64,000 nt of DNA from Chlamydiota bacterium. Its GTDB lineage: Bacteria; Chlamydiota; Chlamydiia; Chlamydiales; Rhabdochlamydiaceae. The stretch is from contig JABDCQ010000002.1 of assembly GCA_013288075.1 (NCBI GenBank), positions 32,447 through 96,446 of the forward strand, read 5' to 3'. Positions 18,534-29,411 of this stretch are shown piece after piece; position 1 is the first letter of the stretch; every line of letters starts with the position of its first letter. A program made the position numbers and the translations under genes. The notes under the pieces are model-generated. The model was not told the DNA's origin, made no database searches, and saw nothing but the letters and a program-made list of their open reading frames with translations.

Positions 18534-20264
18534 ATGAAAATTAAATTTATTAGTCTTTTTTTGGTAACTTCTATAGTCAACCTTTTTGGCGATTCATCTC
18601 CTTATCGCTGCAAAATGTCTGGAAACGAGTTAGAGGCAGACATCATAGTAATAGGTGCTGGGGCGGCAGGCGGCATATTGATGAGCGAGCTCTCGGAAAA
18701 TGGTCTCTTTTCCGTATTAGGAATAGAGGGAGGCCTAAATCTAACAAGTGATCCAGCAATAGAGGCAGTGGGGCTTCCAGCGTTTTTGCTAGCAGGAACA
18801 GGAAAGGCCAAGTATTTTTGGCCAGGGTGGAACCAAACCCTACCGATGGCAGGGCTTAATGGACGAACAAGTGACTGGACAACAGGAATGATTCTTGGTG
18901 GTGGTTCATCAATTAACGGATTATATTATGGTCGTGGCTCGAACGCTGTGTACTCGCGTTGGGAACAAGTTTCAGGCAGCAGCAATTGGAGTTTGGATAA
19001 TATTCTGGAAACCTTCGAGGCTCTTGAGAGCTACCAAGGATTGACAATTACACCAGGAGCAAGGGGAGATAGCGGTGCTGTTAACGTGCTACAGACACCC
19101 ACGATATCGGAGGTAACAGCGGCAGTACTATTGCCCGCAACGCAGGCAGCGTTTCCTGGAATTCCAATAGTGACGGACTATAATGACCCGAGTGTGGAGA
19201 ATTGCATAGACCCTCGCTCTCAGTGGTTTATTGACCCTACGGGCACTAAACGGGTGAGCAGTGCAACAGCCTATTTAAATAGTTCGGTTATGACACCGGA
19301 GGGGCAAGGAGTTAACGGACACAAACTGTTTATGCTTTTTGATTCGGTAGCTGTAAAAATAATATTTGATAAGCACGGGTGCGCCAAAAAAGTAAGATAT
19401 ATGAAAGATGGCCAGCTTTTCGAAGCGAAAGCTCGGAAAGCCGTTGTTTTGGCAAGCGGCATCAATAGCAGTAAGTTGTTACAGCTTTCGGGTATAGGAC
19501 CGTCAGAAGCGCTAAAGAAGGCCGGGATCAAGCCTGTTTTTATTAATGAGAATGTAGGAAAACATCTCCAAAACCATCCGCTCATTTTTATTACAATGCT
19601 AGCAGATCCCGCACTTAGTGGTATCCCACCTGGAGCTCCGTATGCATTTACTATCCATAATGCCTACTTACCAGTACCGGGTGGTAGTGCTAGCGATCCA
19701 CGCATGCTACAGATTTTATTCGAATACATACCGACTAACCCTCCGTTAGTAACGATGGGATTTGATCTTTTGAATCCGGTTAGTGAGGGTAGTGTCACAA
19801 TCCAAAGCGATAATTCCTTTCAGATAGCCGCAGCGGACGACGGCTTTTACCAAAATCCTGTAGATCTCGCGAATATGAAAAGTGCCGTCTCGGTCTATAT
19901 CCGTGCTCTTTTAGATCAACTATTCATGATGTATCCATCCTTTCCGTTTTATTTTAGTCCTGTTTTAACTGATCCGATCAACTTAGTCAGGGCTGCTGGT
20001 TGGAGCGATGGAGCGGTTGAGCAGTACGTGAAAAATAATAGTAATCTTTCACTTGATATACACCACTTTGTATCGCACTGTAAAATGGCTCCTCTAAGCG
20101 CTGGAGGTGTGGTAGATGGCGACACACGTGTTTATGGCACAAAGAACGTCTTTGTAGCGGATAACTCAATCTGTCCGGTGATTCCTGATATTAATACTAC
20201 AGCACCGGCTATGATGATTGGATTGCGAACTAGCGAAATTCTAAAACGTATTTTGCGTAAATGA
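18534..20264 (+). CDS. GMC oxidoreductase with signal peptide
   Basis: GAGAAG, LGGGSSING, LLQLSGIGP, VGKHLQNHP and NT.APAMMIG motifs. Confidence 0.9.
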   Translation: MKIKFISLFLVTSIVNLFGDSSPYRCKMSGNELEADIIVIGAGAAGGILMSELSENGLFSVLGIEGGLNLTSDPAIEAVGLPAFLLAGTGKAKYFWPGWNQTLPMAGLNGRTSDWTTGMILGGGSSINGLYYGRGSNAVYSRWEQVSGSSNWSLDNILETFEALESYQGLTITPGARGDSGAVNVLQTPTISEVTAAVLLPATQAAFPGIPIVTDYNDPSVENCIDPRSQWFIDPTGTKRVSSATAYLNSSVMTPEGQGVNGHKLFMLFDSVAVKIIFDKHGCAKKVRYMKDGQLFEAKARKAVVLASGINSSKLLQLSGIGPSEALKKAGIKPVFINENVGKHLQNHPLIFITMLADPALSGIPPGAPYAFTIHNAYLPVPGGSASDPRMLQILFEYIPTNPPLVTMGFDLLNPVSEGSVTIQSDNSFQIAAADDGFYQNPVDLANMKSAVSVYIRALLDQLFMMYPSFPFYFSPVLTDPINLVRAAGWSDGAVEQYVKNNSNLSLDIHHFVSHCKMAPLSAGGVVDGDTRVYGTKNVFVADNSICPVIPDINTTAPAMMIGLRTSEILKRILRK

Positions 20265-20286
20265 AAAATAACAATGAGGTCATCAA

Positions 20287-20910
20287 ATGAAAAAAAATAT
20301 TCTGCTACTTTTAATGTCGCTCTTATTTTTCAAGGTCGCTGATGCAGAGGCTCAAGAATGCTATGCTGAAGAGGTCTGCTGTGATAACGAGACCAATATT
20401 TACGCTAAGGTTTTTAGCGGTGCAAATTTTTTGGAAAGTACTAAAATTAATGGAAATAAGGCCTCATATCAAACAGGGTATATTATTTCAGGCGCGATTG
20501 GTGTTGGCTCGTGTTATGGCCTTTCTTTAGAAGCTGAATATGCTTTTAGAAGAAATGGGATAAAAAACATCGATTTCTTTGGAGAAGGATCTTCTAATCA
20601 TGGACACTTCCAAAGTTCCTCGTATATGGCGAGCTTATTATGGGATTTATCTTCGTGGGGACGTTTATTTTGGAATATCGAGCCTTTTATTGGATGGGGG
20701 ATAGGCTATGATTTTGAGCAAATGCATTCCTCAAATTCCCGTGTTATTTTTAGCCAAAAGTGGCACCATTTTTCTTGGCAGGCGATGGCTGGGTTAGCCT
20801 ATCCGATCTTTTGCAATACAGAGATTACTTTGGAGTACAAATTCCATCAGGGAGGCCATTTCTATAGTAACTCCGTTGGAGCAGGTCTCGTATATAAAAT
20901 TGCCTTCTGA
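20287..20910 (+). CDS. Outer-membrane beta-barrel protein
   Basis: Signal peptide, EAEYAFR, WQAMAG and terminal Phe. Confidence 0.75.
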   Translation: MKKNILLLLMSLLFFKVADAEAQECYAEEVCCDNETNIYAKVFSGANFLESTKINGNKASYQTGYIISGAIGVGSCYGLSLEAEYAFRRNGIKNIDFFGEGSSNHGHFQSSSYMASLLWDLSSWGRLFWNIEPFIGWGIGYDFEQMHSSNSRVIFSQKWHHFSWQAMAGLAYPIFCNTEITLEYKFHQGGHFYSNSVGAGLVYKIAF

Positions 20911-20978
20911 AAGTACATGGCCGGACGTGGAAATTAGGGAGTATCTCCTCATTATTTAAGCCAGAGTCAACTTCTTAA

Positions 20979-21069
20979 GGCTCAAAGAGCCGTAATATTA
21001 CAGCTAGAGGTCGCAGCGTTAGCGGAGGCCTGGGTAGAAGACAAAATCAAAATTGAGCCCTGCAAGGGC
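20979..21069. repeat. REP-like doublet of short GC hairpins
   Basis: ggctc-aaa-gagcc and gccc-tgcaa-gggc flank gcagcgttagcggaggcctggg. Confidence 0.5.
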
Positions 21070-21084
21070 ATACGCGTAAACCTA

Positions 21085-21299
21085 AAAAGAAAAATAACAG
21101 GAGGACAGATGAAAAAGAATTTTTTTTCTTTCTTCTCTCTGTGTGCTCTGTGATCTCTGTGGTAAAAAATTATCGAGAGAACCTTGCATCTAACGTGTTA
21201 GCATATTTTTTTACCACAGAGATCACAGAGCACACAGAGAGAAGAAAGAACCCTTCTTTTCTTTTATCCTGTCCATCTTAATCCTGTTATTTTTCTTTT
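21085..21299. repeat. Long palindromic element, family A' copy 4
   Basis: 9-nt periodic arm ctctgtgtgctctgtgatctctgtggt and its exact complement; outer pair aaaagaaaaataacagga/tcctgttatttttctttt. Confidence 0.9.
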
Positions 21300-21327
21300 C
21301 TTGATCCGGATCGAGGAAGGAGTTGCA

Positions 21328-22332
21328 TTGAAAATAGTATTTTTATTTATTCATTTAATCATTACATGCGCCTGCTGCGCAGAAGAAATTACTCCGTATA
21401 AGTTTACAGATAGCTTGCCATATTACGAGGTACCGGCATCGGCGCGATTTACTGTCAATCGCTCCCTTATGCTCGCGCCCGATGTGATCAGCTATTTTAG
21501 TGCATCTAAATCAGATAACTATCCTATTGCCATTCTATGCGGTGGGTCATCTTCAGTAGAAGATGTTCAAAGCATCATTCATTTTCACCGCTATCTCTTG
21601 GAGGAATTTTTAGATTTGAATGTGGGTGTCATCACAATTGAGCAGCGCGGTATTGATGGCAATGAGGTGGATGTTAAGGAATTTATGGAGCACTACACAA
21701 GATCAAATCGATTAAGGGACCATCAAGTTGTTATCAAATACTTGCAAGACAATCCGCCTACGGGATGGAATGGGAAATTTCTATTTTTAGGCGTGTCTGA
21801 AGGAGGTCCTCTTGTAACATCACTGACTACAGAGTATGCTGATAGTACAATAGCTACCATAAATTGGTCAGGAGCAGCAGGCTTTTCATGGCGCGAAGAG
21901 CTTTGGCTTTTCCTGCAAAAATTACTTATCGACAATCCGGAGTGTCCGCATCAAGTTAAACTTGGAGACTGCTGTGTTTGTTTAGGGCATATTCGCTCGC
22001 AAGATCGATATGATGCATTTATGGATTCCCTTATTCTTGACCCCACTCCGATTCGTAACTTTTTAGGCATGACCTACAAATATCACGCGGATGCGATGCT
22101 CTATCCAAAGATAGATTATAAAAAAATACGAACACCATTTTTAGTAGTTAATGGAACTGAAGACCCCATCATTCAATCTAGCGATGCCTTTGTTGAAAAA
22201 GCGACACATTCAGGAGCAAACATCACATACTTGCGTATTGAAGGCATGGATCACTATGTGCGTAAAAGGCCTGATATTGTTCATCAATCCTTTGAATGGC
22301 TTAGGAGTCTTCTTACGGAAAATGTTCTATAG
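21328..22332 (+). CDS. Secreted alpha/beta hydrolase
   Basis: GVSEGG, GTEDP and MDH catalytic triad motifs; TTG start after ggaaggag. Confidence 0.8.
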   Translation: MKIVFLFIHLIITCACCAEEITPYKFTDSLPYYEVPASARFTVNRSLMLAPDVISYFSASKSDNYPIAILCGGSSSVEDVQSIIHFHRYLLEEFLDLNVGVITIEQRGIDGNEVDVKEFMEHYTRSNRLRDHQVVIKYLQDNPPTGWNGKFLFLGVSEGGPLVTSLTTEYADSTIATINWSGAAGFSWREELWLFLQKLLIDNPECPHQVKLGDCCVCLGHIRSQDRYDAFMDSLILDPTPIRNFLGMTYKYHADAMLYPKIDYKKIRTPFLVVNGTEDPIIQSSDAFVEKATHSGANITYLRIEGMDHYVRKRPDIVHQSFEWLRSLLTENVL

Positions 22333-22334
22333 TC

Positions 22335-23405
22335 TTATGCTAGCTTAAGGGCGTCTTTTATAAAATCTAGATGGTTTTCAAAAGCATCTTTTGATTCGCT
22401 TAATGGGGTCGAATGATCCATATAAATTTCCATTGAGTTAAATACAGTGTTTTTATTTTTTAATGCCTTATAAAGGCTTGCCTGAAAGGGAATGATTTCA
22501 TCAATTTCGCTGTAAATGACCATTTTTTTGCCTTCAATTTTTTGGAAGTTTTTTACACTATTAAATTTCCATCCTGCAAGCCAAGCTATTATGCCTAAAA
22601 CAGTACCGATTACAGGCACATACGCATTTACGAGATCTATTAGGGTTCCAAACGAGCGCTCATTACAATGATGAACTTTCGGGTAGTTGGAAGCTACTTC
22701 TGTAGCTACGCCGCCACCGATTGAGTTTCCATAAATTAAGATATTCTCTTCCGGAACACCTTCTGATAGCAGTTTTTCAACCATCGCTTTCCCATCATAA
22801 ACCATGTCTTGAGTAGATTGGATTTTCTCCTTACTGCGCATTACACCCCGATAGTTGCCTGTATATATGTTTGCTCCTGTTTTTAGAGAGATTGTTTTTA
22901 AATCCTCAAGATGATACTCATAACAATCTGAATTCCCCCAGAAGTAAATAATCCATTTATCCGATTTGTCATTTTTAATTTTGACTGTATCAATCTCAAC
23001 GTTATCAATTGTTTTTATAGTAATCTGTTCTGTGGTATTATTGTTTATTAGAAATTCATTTCTGCCATCATGGATTCTATTAATTTCAGAAATTTGTCGA
23101 TTTAATTCATCTTTTTTGTCTTTTTGATCTTCTGATAATTTCTCTAATTTACGCTTTCTCCATTCAATGTCAAACATTGTAGTAGCTGGAAGCACAAACA
23201 TGGGAGCAATGGTTCGAACAGCTAATCGAATAAGCCCAATAGGAAAAATAATAATAGAGAGGATATTCCATGCTATTTGGCAAACTTTCTTGATCAGATC
23301 AGAGCAGCCCTCAGTCAAATGGATGATAAAAGTTTTTTCATCAATATAATTTTTTGCAACGCAAAATGTCGCTGGGGGTAAAGCATTTAAGGTTATCGTT
23401 GCCAT
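22335..23405 (-). CDS. Chlamydial alpha/beta hydrolase (CHLPS 43 kDa/DUF818-like), effector-like
   Basis: SIIIFPIGL, NYRGV, GNSIGGG, ERSF and DEII motifs. Confidence 0.75.
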   Translation of the reverse strand: MATITLNALPPATFCVAKNYIDEKTFIIHLTEGCSDLIKKVCQIAWNILSIIIFPIGLIRLAVRTIAPMFVLPATTMFDIEWRKRKLEKLSEDQKDKKDELNRQISEINRIHDGRNEFLINNNTTEQITIKTIDNVEIDTVKIKNDKSDKWIIYFWGNSDCYEYHLEDLKTISLKTGANIYTGNYRGVMRSKEKIQSTQDMVYDGKAMVEKLLSEGVPEENILIYGNSIGGGVATEVASNYPKVHHCNERSFGTLIDLVNAYVPVIGTVLGIIAWLAGWKFNSVKNFQKIEGKKMVIYSEIDEIIPFQASLYKALKNKNTVFNSMEIYMDHSTPLSESKDAFENHLDFIKDALKLA

Positions 23406-23479
23406 TCTGGCCCTATTTTTTATGTTATCCTGGCATTATAGCATTTTATTGTTAAGATTCAATAAACAGGAGAAGGGGT

Positions 23480-24205
23480 CTAATGTATTGCGATGTAAAT
23501 TTTTACTTCTGGATTTTGCTCTGGATTAAAATCACTGCGATATACTTCAAAATCGCTTGTGTAGGATCGGGGTAAATTCGACTTCCATATGTTTTGCCAT
23601 GCAGCAATTAATCCTTGTGGAAACTCTCCTTGAGTTGTGAAAACAGCGTACCTGGATTCAGGGATTACTTTGCCTACAAGTCCTTCAGGCACCTGCTCCA
23701 AACTAGAAACTTCGCACCCAAGAATCCATGAATAGGGCTTTGTATAATCTCCTTCGTAGTCGGTATAAAGTGCGAGAATATCTCCATTGATCTTGTTTGG
23801 AATTTTCGAGAGAATGTTCTCTTTGAAAAATCTATCCTTGTGAGTGGGCATTGCCAAGGAGCATTCTTCATTATTAGTTCGCAATGCGAGTCCAATAAAA
23901 AACTTCTCTTTTTGATGTTCTATGATGTGGTTCATGTCTACTCCTCGAATTTGAGTCTTTTGGTTTGCTCCCTCATCGCAATAACCCCATGAAAAAGCAA
24001 GGCCAAGAGCGAGAAGAAACAGGTTCTTGATTTTTTTTGCTACTTCGGCTGCTTCATATCCACCGATTTCGGTTTCTAGCTGAAAATGGGCATTTACAGC
24101 TTCAATGACGGGATGAGGAATTAGAGCAGCACCAGCATTGTTGAAATGTAGAACCTTAGTACAACCAGGAGTCTCTTTTCTAGCTCGAATAATATCTAGT
24201 GGCAT
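23480..24205 (-). CDS. Chimera: cysteine-desulfurase N-terminal fragment fused to a GyrI-like effector-binding protein
   Basis: TPG...HFNNAGAAL..GGYEAA, then a signal-like stretch, then the GyrI motifs YTDYEGD, YAVF and DFEVY. Confidence 0.75.
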   Translation of the reverse strand: MPLDIIRARKETPGCTKVLHFNNAGAALIPHPVIEAVNAHFQLETEIGGYEAAEVAKKIKNLFLLALGLAFSWGYCDEGANQKTQIRGVDMNHIIEHQKEKFFIGLALRTNNEECSLAMPTHKDRFFKENILSKIPNKINGDILALYTDYEGDYTKPYSWILGCEVSSLEQVPEGLVGKVIPESRYAVFTTQGEFPQGLIAAWQNIWKSNLPRSYTSDFEVYRSDFNPEQNPEVKIYIAIH

Positions 24206-24227
24206 AGGTCAGCTCCATAGAGAATTG

Positions 24228-24276
24228 AAAAGTGGGGCAAGCTGGACTGGGGAACCCTTAGCGGGGTTATAAGTCC
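24228..24276 (-). mobile_element. Degenerate att copy of the tRNA(CAT) 3' half (outer island end)
   Basis: aaaagtggggcaagctggact is identical to 39458-39478; the remainder is decayed (ggggttataagtcc). Confidence 0.75.
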
Positions 24277-24355
24277 CTTTTCCTTCCACAAACCAGTATA
24301 ATTCACTTAGGTATACTTCGACAGGGTTTAAATATGAACCGAAATTTAGACGACA

Positions 24356-25360
24356 TCATATTTCCCTGAGTTTCTTGTATAAATATACCATTTTAAAATC
24401 GGGTCCATAGGTATTTAACTCGAATAAAGGTTCAAACCCATTTCTCTGATAGAAAGCGTAGGTCTTTATGTAATGGGGGTCCTTTTCAGCAGGGCTTAGT
24501 GTCTCAACAGTCATGGATGCACACTGCTTCTTTGAGCAGTAAGCCTCAGCATACTTCAAAAGAGAGCAACCTATTCCTTGACCCTGGTATTCTTTTTTGA
24601 CTGCCATCCAGTAAATATTAGCATTGTTAGGAAAAGGCATTTCTAAGGAGATCAATCCTACGTAAATCCCGTTGAGCTTCGCACCAAAAGTAAGTAGCTC
24701 CCTTACACCTTTTGCATAGCGTTCATTAGCCTGTTGAATGCCAAAATATTCAGGAAGAGAGAGTGTGAGCTCTCGGCATGCTTTTTCAGATTCGCTAGCA
24801 GCTAGCGGGTGAATGGTTAAATCCATTTGTCCGCCTCTATCACACGGACTTCCTTGAGAGGTGAATTTTAAAATAATCATGGGATGCGGTTTGGGTTTTG
24901 GGACCGTCTTAAGCGTTTTCTCAAATTGACCATGTGAATATCGGCTGACAATTCTATCCCAAAATTCTATTGCTGCTGTATTTTCTGGCATTTGAGAAGT
25001 TTCCCATACGCCAGGAAACAGGTTGAAGACTTGCTCTGCCACATAGCGCCCAACGCCTTTTCCTTGAAATTTAGAAACAATGAAAAATTCTCCAATGTTC
25101 CAATCTACATCTGGCGTGCTTCCTACTTTGTTGATTAATACAAAGCCCGCTAATTCGTCGTCCACTTTGATTAAAAATGCATGCCTGTCTGGGTTCTCAC
25201 AATAGGAGCTTAGATCTATACATTCAAATAGGCCATTGGATGGGGTTTCCCAAGTAGGTAAAAAGCCACAATATCTTGACATTTCATAAACGTAAAAGCG
25301 GCCGAGATTTTGGATGGTAGTCTTGTCTTCTTTAGTTGCTTTGGATAAGGTAATCTTCAT
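24356..25360 (-). CDS. Tandem GNAT-GNAT acetyltransferase
   Basis: Two motif-A sites (FQGKGVG, YQGQGIG). Likely start MKITLSK. Confidence 0.8.
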   Translation of the reverse strand: MKITLSKATKEDKTTIQNLGRFYVYEMSRYCGFLPTWETPSNGLFECIDLSSYCENPDRHAFLIKVDDELAGFVLINKVGSTPDVDWNIGEFFIVSKFQGKGVGRYVAEQVFNLFPGVWETSQMPENTAAIEFWDRIVSRYSHGQFEKTLKTVPKPKPHPMIILKFTSQGSPCDRGGQMDLTIHPLAASESEKACRELTLSLPEYFGIQQANERYAKGVRELLTFGAKLNGIYVGLISLEMPFPNNANIYWMAVKKEYQGQGIGCSLLKYAEAYCSKKQCASMTVETLSPAEKDPHYIKTYAFYQRNGFEPLFELNTYGPDFKMVYLYKKLREI

Positions 25361-25820
25361 TTTCTTCCTGGAAAGTTCTTTGCAATTAAAGCTATTAGTC
25401 AGCGGTCTGATCTTCTCAAACATAGGCTCCTTTAGTTTCCGATATCGGTCGCCTTCATGATTATACCCAAACAACCTCAAAAGTGATTCTAAACTAACAA
25501 TGAATAAGAACCGATTGCAAAATTTAGCGCATATGAATCCAATTACGTCCGTCTCTTCTTCATGTAGATGTAATAGGTTATCACCAACAATTTGCGATAA
25601 GCAAGGTAGAACTGATATCCAGCTTCGAGCTCAATTGTTAGATTCTTCAAAAATTAATTGGAAACAGCCGAGAAAACTTACGAAGAATACAGGAAAATCG
25701 AAGATAGGCTAGAGAGCTTGGGAGACTGTCCTCGAAAAGCGATCCGTCTTAAATCATTGAGATATGGGATGGCTCAACTTACATTAGAAATCACATGGTT
25801 AAAAGAAGGAATTTTAGAAT

Positions 25821-26240
25821 ATGTTCATTGTTAAACACACTGTAGAGACAAAAGCTACTCCCACACAGATTTGGAGCATTTGGCAAGACGTTGAAAATTG
25901 GAAAACCTGGGATGAGCAAATTGAATTAAGTCAAATTGATGGCCCATTTCAGACAGGCACTCACGGTTCTACCAAATTTATAGGAACCCCTCTTTTCAAG
26001 ACCTTACTAACACAGGTTGAGCCCTTAAAATTGGTGGTTCAAGAAGCCTATCTTTCTTTTGCAAAAGTTGTCAGTTATCAATCTATGAGGCAAGTGGATG
26101 ATAAAACAGAGGTCACTTTTCAAGTGGAGATTCGGGGGCCTTTATCATTTTTCTATGCCTGTATGCTTCGCCGATTTATCAAAAAGAAAATTCCTCCCGA
26201 GATGAAATTGATGCTTAAAAGAGTACATGCACTTGGATGA
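25821..26240 (+). CDS. SRPBCC/polyketide cyclase-like protein
   Basis: IW..WQDVENW..WD and DGPF..GT motifs. Confidence 0.75.
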   Translation: MFIVKHTVETKATPTQIWSIWQDVENWKTWDEQIELSQIDGPFQTGTHGSTKFIGTPLFKTLLTQVEPLKLVVQEAYLSFAKVVSYQSMRQVDDKTEVTFQVEIRGPLSFFYACMLRRFIKKKIPPEMKLMLKRVHALG

Positions 26241-26349
26241 AAAAAGCGCGGATTTCTCCGAGCCTTTTGTTGAAATTAAGGAGGGATATTCAGAATTTAT
26301 CGAGAAGAAACTTCCTGTTTTTTCTCTATGAAACATCGAGTGTCGTAAA

Positions 26350-27720
26350 TCAGATCGATCTATAGGCGTGAAGGGCTTCTTTTGCAGCCTTTTCGTGATT
26401 GGTCATCGGAGCGGGATATTTTTTGCATCCAGCACGGTATTTTTCCTCATACCACGCATGAATGGCTTTAGGCGGGAAGTCCCGAAGTTCAGGAATCCAC
26501 TTCTTAATATAAGTACATTCAGGATCGAATTTTTTCTGCTGGTTCCAAGGATTGAAAATGCGAAAATAAGGTTGGGCATCGCATCCTGTACTGGTTACCC
26601 ATTGCCAATTTCCATTATTCACAGCAGGGTCGTAATCGATCAAGACTCTAGCAAAGTATTTTTCACCCCATCTCCAATCGATGTGCAGGTCTTTTATGAG
26701 AAATGAGGCTGCAATCATTCGAACGCGATTATGCATAAAACCTGTTTCGTTCATCTCTCTCATTCCTGCATCGATAATCGGAAAACCGGTAGAGCCTTCG
26801 CACCATCGTTGATAAGCTTTTTTGTTATAGGACCATTTGAGCTTGTCAAATTTGGGATGGAAAGCGCCTTGAAAGACGTGAGGAAAGAAAAATGCAACCG
26901 ATGTAAAAAAGTCTCTCCAGTAGAGAGCTCGGATTAGCTCGTGGTGCGGACTTAAATTACGGCAGATTGCCGCATAAACTTCGCGAGGGGAGCAGACGGT
27001 GAATTTCAGATAAGGGGAGAGATGTGTAGAGTATTCTTCTGCAGGAAAATCTCTCAGGCTTCCATATTTACCAAAAGAACCTAACTTTTTGAGAATTTTG
27101 AGAGCCTCCGCCCTTCCTCCGATCAACTCATTCTCTATAGTTGGCTTGGGAAAGGACGACTTATCTTCTGCAAAGGGGATTGATCCACGGAAGTAATTGG
27201 TCCCTTTGGTTTGCACGGGGGGTAATACTGTCTGTTTTGAAGCATTGCGAAAATAGGGCGTGAAAATTGAGTAAGGCTTCCCATCTTTTTTCAGAGTCTC
27301 TTCAGGGGGATGAAGGAGAGCATCATCGAAAGAATAAAATGGAATCTGGCCTCTTTTGCAGACTTTTTCGAGCTTTTTGTCTCTTTGTAGGCTATAGGGA
27401 GTATAGTCCCGATTTACGATCAAAGCCTCGATGTTGAGTTCGCGGATACATTTGCTCACAACTTCTTCGGGTTTTCCCTTAAAAAAGAAGAGCTTACCCC
27501 CTTTTTTCTTCAGCTGGTTTTCGAGATCTTTGAGAGATTCAATCATAAATTTCAGGCAATGATCGCTTCTAAAAGGATTTCTCTCGATTTGTTCTGGCGT
27601 AAAAATGAAGGCAGGAATGACAACTTCCGAAGACTTCAACGCAAAAATGAGCCCTGTATTATCTTCAAGTCGCAAATCGCGCCTGAATAAAAAGAGGGAT
27701 CTTCGAAACTTCTTTTCCAT
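26350..27720 (-). CDS. phrB: Deoxyribodipyrimidine photolyase
   Basis: FRRDLRLEDN, GFPIIDAGMRE, MHNRVRM, NNGNWQW and RIFNP motifs. Confidence 0.95.
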   Translation of the reverse strand: MEKKFRRSLFLFRRDLRLEDNTGLIFALKSSEVVIPAFIFTPEQIERNPFRSDHCLKFMIESLKDLENQLKKKGGKLFFFKGKPEEVVSKCIRELNIEALIVNRDYTPYSLQRDKKLEKVCKRGQIPFYSFDDALLHPPEETLKKDGKPYSIFTPYFRNASKQTVLPPVQTKGTNYFRGSIPFAEDKSSFPKPTIENELIGGRAEALKILKKLGSFGKYGSLRDFPAEEYSTHLSPYLKFTVCSPREVYAAICRNLSPHHELIRALYWRDFFTSVAFFFPHVFQGAFHPKFDKLKWSYNKKAYQRWCEGSTGFPIIDAGMREMNETGFMHNRVRMIAASFLIKDLHIDWRWGEKYFARVLIDYDPAVNNGNWQWVTSTGCDAQPYFRIFNPWNQQKKFDPECTYIKKWIPELRDFPPKAIHAWYEEKYRAGCKKYPAPMTNHEKAAKEALHAYRSI

Positions 27721-27722
27721 TT

Positions 27723-29156
27723 TTATCCCTTTGCGATGTGCTTTGCCAATTGACTAAAAATAAGAGTATGAAACGGGTAAAGACTATACCAATAAAATCT
27801 ACCCCAGACTCCACTCGGACGAAACGATGCTGTTTGTTTCAGAGTTCCTCCTATTTCATGAGGGATGATCTCAAATTCAAGCCACGCTTCACCGGGCAGT
27901 TTCATTTCAGCATAGAGAAGCAGGCGTCGATTTTTTTCATCCGCTAACAAAACGCGCCAGAAATCAAGAACATCTCCTGCTTTAAGCCGCGTCGGATGAG
28001 TTCTGCCTCGGCGCAACCCAATTCCTCCCACCAATTTATCCAGAAAACCCCTGAGTTTCCAAGCCCAATTCATTGCAAGCCAACCTTTTCTTCCGCCTAG
28101 AGACCAAACCCGTTTTTGCACTTGTTCTATAGGACAAGAAAAAGGAATGGTGCGTCTATCGCTCAAGATGCCAAATTTAGGAACGTTGATGTAAATGGAG
28201 AGATCTGGATTTAAAGTGGAACCGCTTAAGGTATCTTTCCAGCTTGAAGGTGCCCAATCTTCTTCGGTACGGGTAAAGGCGCGTTGCAGAGCCTTTTCAT
28301 AGGAGAGTAACTTTCTGGGAAAAAGCTTTTGAATTCGATTTTCTTTACAAACCGCATTATTAATCAGGCTTTCGACAAGGAAACGCGCAAGTGAAAAGCT
28401 TGTGCTAGTCACAAAAAATAGCCAATAGGAAGAAAGGCGTGGTGTAAGAACGGGAACCGTGAGGATTTTTCGTTTTAACCCCCGCATTTTTGCAAAATTT
28501 AATAGAAGCTCCTTGTAGCTCATAACATCTGGGCCTCCAATTTCAAAAGATTGACCAAAGCAGGCGGGATTGCCCAAAACGAGTGTCAGATAAGCTAGAA
28601 CATCGCTTATGGCGATCGGTTGGGTTAGCTGCTTAAGCCATTTTGGGGCAACCATAATGGGCAATTTTTCAACTAGATCTCGGATAATCTCAAATGAAGC
28701 GCTTCCTGAACCGATGATGATCCCAGCCATTAAAATCGTCACAGGAACTTTTCCTTCTCGGAGGATTTCTCCCACCCTTTTCCTTGAGGTTAGATGACGG
28801 GAGAGATGGGCTTCGTTTGAGAGACCACTCAAGTAGATGATTTGTTTCGCTTGTGTGTTGTCTAATCGACTTACAAAATTTTTTGCTGAAGCAGCTTCCA
28901 ATTCGGAAAATTTTTGCGAATAACTCATTGAATGGACTAGATAGTAAGCTACATCGATATCATCCGGAATCTTTAGCAAAGAGGAAGGATCAAGGAGATC
29001 AGCTTCAATGACATGAAGTTGAGATTGGAATTTCTCGGGAATTTCAATTCTAGAGCGGCTTCTTACCAGGGCATAGATCTCATGCCCCTCCTCTACCAAA
29101 CGAGGAAGAAGGCGAGTTCCAATATAGCCATTAGCTCCAGTAAGTAAGATTTTCAT
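27723..29156 (-). CDS. SDR/NAD(P)-binding protein with DUF2867 (YbjT-like)
   Basis: TGANGYIG, YYLVHSM, GSGSASFE, DFWRV and EMKLPG motifs. Confidence 0.85.
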   Translation of the reverse strand: MKILLTGANGYIGTRLLPRLVEEGHEIYALVRSRSRIEIPEKFQSQLHVIEADLLDPSSLLKIPDDIDVAYYLVHSMSYSQKFSELEAASAKNFVSRLDNTQAKQIIYLSGLSNEAHLSRHLTSRKRVGEILREGKVPVTILMAGIIIGSGSASFEIIRDLVEKLPIMVAPKWLKQLTQPIAISDVLAYLTLVLGNPACFGQSFEIGGPDVMSYKELLLNFAKMRGLKRKILTVPVLTPRLSSYWLFFVTSTSFSLARFLVESLINNAVCKENRIQKLFPRKLLSYEKALQRAFTRTEEDWAPSSWKDTLSGSTLNPDLSIYINVPKFGILSDRRTIPFSCPIEQVQKRVWSLGGRKGWLAMNWAWKLRGFLDKLVGGIGLRRGRTHPTRLKAGDVLDFWRVLLADEKNRRLLLYAEMKLPGEAWLEFEIIPHEIGGTLKQTASFRPSGVWGRFYWYSLYPFHTLIFSQLAKHIAKG

Positions 29157-29411
29157 AATCCTCTCTTTAAAATATCTATAAGCTAATAGTCTACAAGTAA
29201 TCTAGGAAAAATTGTCGGAGTATCTCTCCAAATCGCAACTATCCGGAAGTTTTGGATAGGGTCTCGATATTCCACCTTTTGCGACTCTCTCTCTGTAAAC
29301 GACCAAGAAAGAACTCAACTCAATATCAACACTCAGAGAAAAACTCTTTCAAAAAAAAACAAGCTAGTATCTAATACCATAGTCAAAGCATTGAAACCCG
29401 AGCGACAAAAA

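Noticed and set aside
25500..25712. 70-aa ORF (likewise 35739-36044)
   Set aside because: No RBS or recognisable motif; probably decayed intergenic sequence.
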